Shown piece after piece: positions 59,732 through 64,000 of a stretch of DNA of 64,000 nt (the first letter of the stretch is position 1; the number at the start of each line of letters is the position of its first letter). Source of the DNA: Pseudomonadota bacterium (GTDB taxonomy: Bacteria > Desulfobacterota > Desulfobacteria > Desulfobacterales > JBDRRP01); the NCBI GenBank assembly GCA_043825735.1, contig JBDRRP010000041.1, positions 1 through 64,000 of the forward strand, read 5' to 3'. The position numbers and the translations under genes are program-made. Under the pieces are notes generated by a model. That model worked only from the letters and a program-made list of their open reading frames with translations. It was not told the origin of the DNA and made no database searches.

Positions 59732-62700
59732 GCCACCATCCTTTCCAGCAGACCGCTGAGCGTGCCCAGGATCTGATCATCCTCGAAGCGCAGAATCTGA
59801 ATGGCCTTGGCCGGGCACTCCGCGGCGCACACGCCGCAGCCATGGCACTTGGCCGGATCGATTTCAGAGACGCCGTCGGCGTTGATAGACGGCACTCCGA
59901 ATGGGCATGCCCGCACGCAGACAAGGCATGCCGCACACTTGCTGGCGTCCACCCTGGCCACCGCCGCGCCCAGACTGATTTCTTTGCGGGCCAGCAGCGT
60001 CTTGGCCCTGGCGGCCGCCGCTTCGCCCTGAGTGACGGCCTCGCGGATCAACTTGGGCGCGTGGGCGGTGCCGGCCACATAAAAGCCCGGCACGGCGAGA
60101 TCCACGGGACGCAGCTTGATGTGGTCTTCGAGAAAGTATCCGTCCGGGGTGCGGGCGATCTTGAAGATCGCTGCCAAATCTTCGGTGGTTTCATCGTCAC
60201 TGACGAAACCGGTGCTCAACAGCAAGACAGCGGCGTCCACCACCAACGGGCGGCCAAGCACCGGGTCCGTGAAGGCCACCGCGATGCGCGCACCGGCCGC
60301 CGTTACCTGCGGGGGCGCGTCGGCGTCGTAGCGGATAAAGATCACGCCTTTTTCACGCGCCGCCGTGTAGTAGTCTTCGAGAAAACCGTAGGTGCGCATA
60401 TCCCGGTAAAGAACGAATATGCGGGCCTCGGGGTTGATCTTCAGGATGTGCAGGGCGTTTTTCACCGCCGCCTGGCAGCATACCCGGGAGCAGTTGGGAT
60501 TGTCCGGCGTGCGCGAGCCCACGCACTGAATCATCACCACCGTATCCCAGCCGGGCACCGCCGCCGAATCGTCACTCATCAGCCCATCGGCATCCAACTG
60601 GGTCATAACCGCCGGGTGCTCATCGAGAAGATACTGGCGGGGCCGGTTGGGCAAGGCGCCGGTGGCCATGATGGTCACCCCGTGGCTGATCTGACGGTAG
60701 AACATCCGGGGCCCCACCTGCATGCCGGTTCTGAACATGCCCGGCATGCCGCTGTGATCGACGATGACCGCATTGGTGATGATCTGAATGTTGGGGTGGG
60801 CCAGGCTCGCCCGAACCAATTCACGAACAAACGCCTGGACGTCTTCACCGTCGATGGTGCGCTGGACCAGCGCCGCCACGCCGCCCAGCATGGACATGCG
60901 TTCGGCCAGAAACACCTTGTGCCCCTGATCGGCCAGACGCAACGCGGCGGTCATACCGGTCACGCCGCCGCCCACCACCAGTACGTCACGGTTGATGGGC
61001 AGGCGCTGGTCCTGCAAGGGGCGGGCGGCGGCCACTGCGGAAACGGCGGCGCTGACCAATTGCCGGGCCTTTGCCATGGCCTTTTCAGGATGATCCAGAT
61101 GAACCCAGGTATCCTGATCGCGCAAATTGGCGATCTCCAGCAGGTATTTGTTGAGCCCGGCACGGCGAAGCGTCTCCTGAAACCGGATCTCATGGGTGCG
61201 CGGCGAGCATCCGCCGATGACCACCCGGTTGATCTTTTCTCTGGTGATGGCATCACGGATCGTTTCCATGGACTGGCGGCTGCATCCGTGCCCTACGGCC
61301 TGGGATACGACCACGCCGGGAAAGGTCGCCGCAGTGGCCGCCAGGGCGGCCACATCGACAATGCCGCCGATGTTCTCACCACAGTCGCAGATAAAGACAC
61401 CGGTTCTGGGCGGCTCGCCGGCCACATCACGCTCGGGCGGATACGCGTCGGCAGTGTCCACCGCATCGGCGGCATCGGCGATGTGCATCCCAGCCCGGCA
61501 GGCCGCGGCGCTGGCCTGCGCCATGGACTCGGGGATATCCTTGGGGCCTTCGAACATGCCGCACACGTAGACCCCCGGCCGGGATGTGGCCACCGGGTCG
61601 AAACTGGTGGTCCGCGCAAATCCGTGGCCGTTCAGGGCCACGCCCAGACGCTCGGCCATCTGCCTGGCGCCTTCTGAAATGCAAAACCCCGTCGCCAGAA
61701 CCACCATGTCGAAGGTTTCTTCCGTCAGCAGGCTCCCGTCATGGGGAAGATAAGCGATGGAGAGCCGGTCGGCGCCGTTTTTTCGCACCACGCTGTGGGG
61801 GCGGCTGCGCACGAAACGCACCCCGTGCTCGTCCCGGGCTCGGGTGGTGTATTTCTCGTAGTCTTTTCCGAAGGTGCGCATGTCCATGAAAAACACGGTG
61901 GTTTCGATGCTGTCCTGAAAGCGCTCCTTGGTGACGATGGCCTCCTTGAGTGAAAACATGCAGCACGCGCTGGAACAATAGGCGGCAGCCCCCTTTTGAA
62001 GCCCCCGGGATCCCACACACTGGATCCAGGCGATTTTTTGCGGCGTGGCCCCATCGGACGGTCTCACCAGGCGTCCCTGGGTGGGCCCTGACGCCGACAG
62101 GATCCGCTCGTACTCAAGACTGGTTAGAACGTCCGGCTCCCTGCCGTAGGCAAAGTAGTCCAGCCCTCCGGGATCGAATATCGATGCCCCCGGCGAGAGC
62201 ACCACCGCGCCGAAACGCCGCTGCACCCGCCGCTCCCGGTCGTCGGGGACGATGGCCCCGGCCGGGCAGCAGGCCGCCAGGGCTTCCGGATCGCTGCAGG
62301 CGCTCATGTCGATGGCATAGGCCTGCGGCGTGGCCTGAGGATAGCGCATACACGTTGGCGCCCGGTGGTCGAGACCCGGGTTGAAGGCGACGCACTGCGG
62401 AAACTGTTTACGACACTCGCCGCAGGCCGTGCATCGGTCCATGTCGATGTAGCGCGGGCGCGTCACCAAGGTGGCCGTGAAGTCACCGGCATCGCCGCCC
62501 AGCGTCTCGATGCGGGTCAAGGTCATGAGTTCGATATGACGGTTGCGACTGCCTTCCGATATATTGGGCGCGATGGTGCACAGGTCGCAGTTGTTGGTGG
62601 GAAAGGTGCGGTCGAGCTGGGTCATGAGTCCGCCGATGGCGTTGGCCGTGTCGATGAGCACCACCTTCTTACCGGCGTCCGCCAGGTCCAGCGCGGTCCG

Positions 62701-62769
62701 CATGCCGGCGATGCCGCCGCCGACGACCAGAACCTTATCGGGCGTTTGAAATCGTGCTGTGGGTTCCAT
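59728..62769 (-). CDS. hdrA: large heterodisulfide reductase subunit A-like flavoprotein with two FAD modules
   Basis: VLVVGGGIAG and VLVVGGGVTG; two QCVGSR..CSxxCC motifs; LDRTFPTNNC; ferredoxin motifs. RBS AAAGGA upstream. Confidence 0.9.
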   Translation of the reverse strand: MEPTARFQTPDKVLVVGGGIAGMRTALDLADAGKKVVLIDTANAIGGLMTQLDRTFPTNNCDLCTIAPNISEGSRNRHIELMTLTRIETLGGDAGDFTATLVTRPRYIDMDRCTACGECRKQFPQCVAFNPGLDHRAPTCMRYPQATPQAYAIDMSACSDPEALAACCPAGAIVPDDRERRVQRRFGAVVLSPGASIFDPGGLDYFAYGREPDVLTSLEYERILSASGPTQGRLVRPSDGATPQKIAWIQCVGSRGLQKGAAAYCSSACCMFSLKEAIVTKERFQDSIETTVFFMDMRTFGKDYEKYTTRARDEHGVRFVRSRPHSVVRKNGADRLSIAYLPHDGSLLTEETFDMVVLATGFCISEGARQMAERLGVALNGHGFARTTSFDPVATSRPGVYVCGMFEGPKDIPESMAQASAAACRAGMHIADAADAVDTADAYPPERDVAGEPPRTGVFICDCGENIGGIVDVAALAATAATFPGVVVSQAVGHGCSRQSMETIRDAITREKINRVVIGGCSPRTHEIRFQETLRRAGLNKYLLEIANLRDQDTWVHLDHPEKAMAKARQLVSAAVSAVAAARPLQDQRLPINRDVLVVGGGVTGMTAALRLADQGHKVFLAERMSMLGGVAALVQRTIDGEDVQAFVRELVRASLAHPNIQIITNAVIVDHSGMPGMFRTGMQVGPRMFYRQISHGVTIMATGALPNRPRQYLLDEHPAVMTQLDADGLMSDDSAAVPGWDTVVMIQCVGSRTPDNPNCSRVCCQAAVKNALHILKINPEARIFVLYRDMRTYGFLEDYYTAAREKGVIFIRYDADAPPQVTAAGARIAVAFTDPVLGRPLVVDAAVLLLSTGFVSDDETTEDLAAIFKIARTPDGYFLEDHIKLRPVDLAVPGFYVAGTAHAPKLIREAVTQGEAAAARAKTLLARKEISLGAAVARVDASKCAACLVCVRACPFGVPSINADGVSEIDPAKCHGCGVCAAECPAKAIQILRFEDDQILGTLSGLLERMVA

Positions 62770-62847
62770 AATATCCTTTTTCCGTTGTCCGGGGCGAAAG
62801 CCGATAGCGGGAGGCAAGCCGTCCGAATCAAAGCACCGACGCCTTGA

Positions 62848-62980
62848 CAGGCTGTTGAAAAACGGCGCCTCGCACCCTGATCCTGCGTTCTCGTCTCGGG
62901 TCAATCTTCGCCGTAGCGCCGCGCAACGCCTGCGGTTGCCCAATCGGCTGCGGCCACGATGCTTGTTTTTCAACAACCTG
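62848..62980. mobile_element. 133 bp MITE-like element
   Basis: Terminal inverted repeats CAGGCTGTTGAAAAAC / GTTTTTCAACAACCTG (15/16); no ORF inside. Confidence 0.75.
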
Positions 62981-63853
62981 CTATAGACCGGCGATATCGA
63001 GAATGACCGGCAGGCGGTGTTCCCATCCCATGGTCTGGATCAATACACCCCGGGCCATCTCCCGCAGCCGCGCCACGATTTCTCCGGCGATCTTGACCCC
63101 CTCCATCTCCCGGTCGGCAGACTTGCGCATGCGCCGGATCATGTCCTCTGAAATGAGGCAGTCCGCCTCATGGGTGGCGATATACCGGGCCACAGCGACC
63201 GACTTGATGAGAAACACGCTTGGGATGATCGGTACGTCCAAAAAAGCGGCGGCCTCCAGAAACCGCGCGAACCGGTCCGTGTCGAATACCGGCGGGGTGA
63301 TGATAAAGCGCGCCCCGGCCGCCACCTTCTGCCCGGCCGCATCGAGCTCTTTTTCCACAGAGGCGCCGTCGGCCCAGGCGCCGATGCTGCAACCGACGGT
63401 GAATTCGGGGCTGCCGTCCAGGTCGAATCCGCCCAGGTCCTGCCCTTTTTGCAGGCTGTCGATGGCGCCGAGCAGTCCCATCTCGTCCAAGTCGTCCACC
63501 GGCTTGGCATCCGCATGATCGCTCTGGTCCATCTCTTCGCCCTGGACCACCACGATGTTCTGGATGCCAAGAACATGGGCGGCCAGCAGATCCCCTTGAA
63601 CCGCCATACGGTTGCGGTCCCTGCCGTAGCAGTGAATCATGGGCTCGAGCCCCTGCTGGAGCGCCAGCACGCCCCCGGCCAGGGCGCTCATTCGCATGAC
63701 GCCGTTGTCCATGTCCGGAATGACGACGGCGTCGACCCGCCCCTTGATGCGTCTCGCGTCGGTCACAAAGCGAGAAATGTCCACGCCCTTGGGGGTGTTC
63801 ATTTCAGCGATGACGAGAAATTCTCCAGATTGCAGTCGTTTGCGAAAACTCAT
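62981..63853 (-). CDS. second methylenetetrahydrofolate reductase-family protein
   Basis: AEMNTPKG, PDMDNGVMRMSAL, RDRNRMAVQGD, GARFIITPP. Divergent from the metF at 57664. Confidence 0.85.
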   Translation of the reverse strand: MSFRKRLQSGEFLVIAEMNTPKGVDISRFVTDARRIKGRVDAVVIPDMDNGVMRMSALAGGVLALQQGLEPMIHCYGRDRNRMAVQGDLLAAHVLGIQNIVVVQGEEMDQSDHADAKPVDDLDEMGLLGAIDSLQKGQDLGGFDLDGSPEFTVGCSIGAWADGASVEKELDAAGQKVAAGARFIITPPVFDTDRFARFLEAAAFLDVPIIPSVFLIKSVAVARYIATHEADCLISEDMIRRMRKSADREMEGVKIAGEIVARLREMARGVLIQTMGWEHRLPVILDIAGL

Positions 63854-63877
63854 GGGCTTTCCTTCCCTTTCACCTGG

Positions 63878-64000
63878 CTAACGGTTTTCTGGTTCTTTTC
63901 TGAATCGGACCCGCGGCATCTCCGAGGTCCCACGCGGGGCGTCCGCCCGGATGCACTCACAGGAAGCCTTGGGCAGCAGCCGCAACAGATCCTGCTGCAT
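63878..64000 (-). CDS. C-terminal fragment of an upstream CDS (starts outside window)
   Basis: Open frame ...MQQDLLRLLPKASCECIRADAPRGTSEMPRVRFRKEPENR*, ending 24 bp before the metF-like start. Confidence 0.55.
   Translation of the reverse strand: MQQDLLRLLPKASCECIRADAPRGTSEMPRVRFRKEPENR

Noticed and set aside
59300..62769. Selenocysteine recoding in mvhD/hdrA
   Set aside because: Both frames are open with Cys at the motif positions; there is no in-frame TGA.
1..64000. Prophage, integron, cas operon, rRNA or tRNA genes
   Set aside because: No integrase, transposase, phage structural gene, cas gene or recognisable structural RNA seen by eye. A covariance-model scan was not possible.

Overview
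GC-rich bacterial chromosomal segment, most likely from an anaerobic deltaproteobacterium of the Desulfobacterales type (inferred from the metF-hdrA-mvhD-metV-metF cluster, a PocR hybrid kinase and the intergenic repeat families). It holds about 50 CDS. These cover redox/stress genes (peroxiredoxin, an exported thioredoxin-cupredoxin-rhodanese fusion, QueG-like, double-length UvrA), transporters (2 MFS, TauE, MOT1-like, ModF-like) and many signalling genes (two class III cyclases with guanylyl-cyclase-type Glu, HD-GYP, a membrane-anchored CheA-like kinase with CheY and CheX, PAS kinases with ACT-like proteins). A GT2/YfhO glycosylation pair and a Wood-Ljungdahl-linked MTHFR/Hdr operon are also present. 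No rRNA, tRNA, integrase, transposase or cas gene was recognised. The most unusual signal is a solitary, near-canonical type I-C CRISPR repeat (13736-13767) just upstream of a fic gene. The sequence after the repeat matches 10/11 nt of a site inside that fic gene, next to a TTC (I-C) PAM. This is a candidate CRISPR-RNA-like regulator of a Fic toxin. Also notable are a higB toxin reduced to 20 codons by an in-frame deletion, two further deletion remnants, and several MITE/REP-like repeat families. All calls come from reading motifs by eye; no searches were run.
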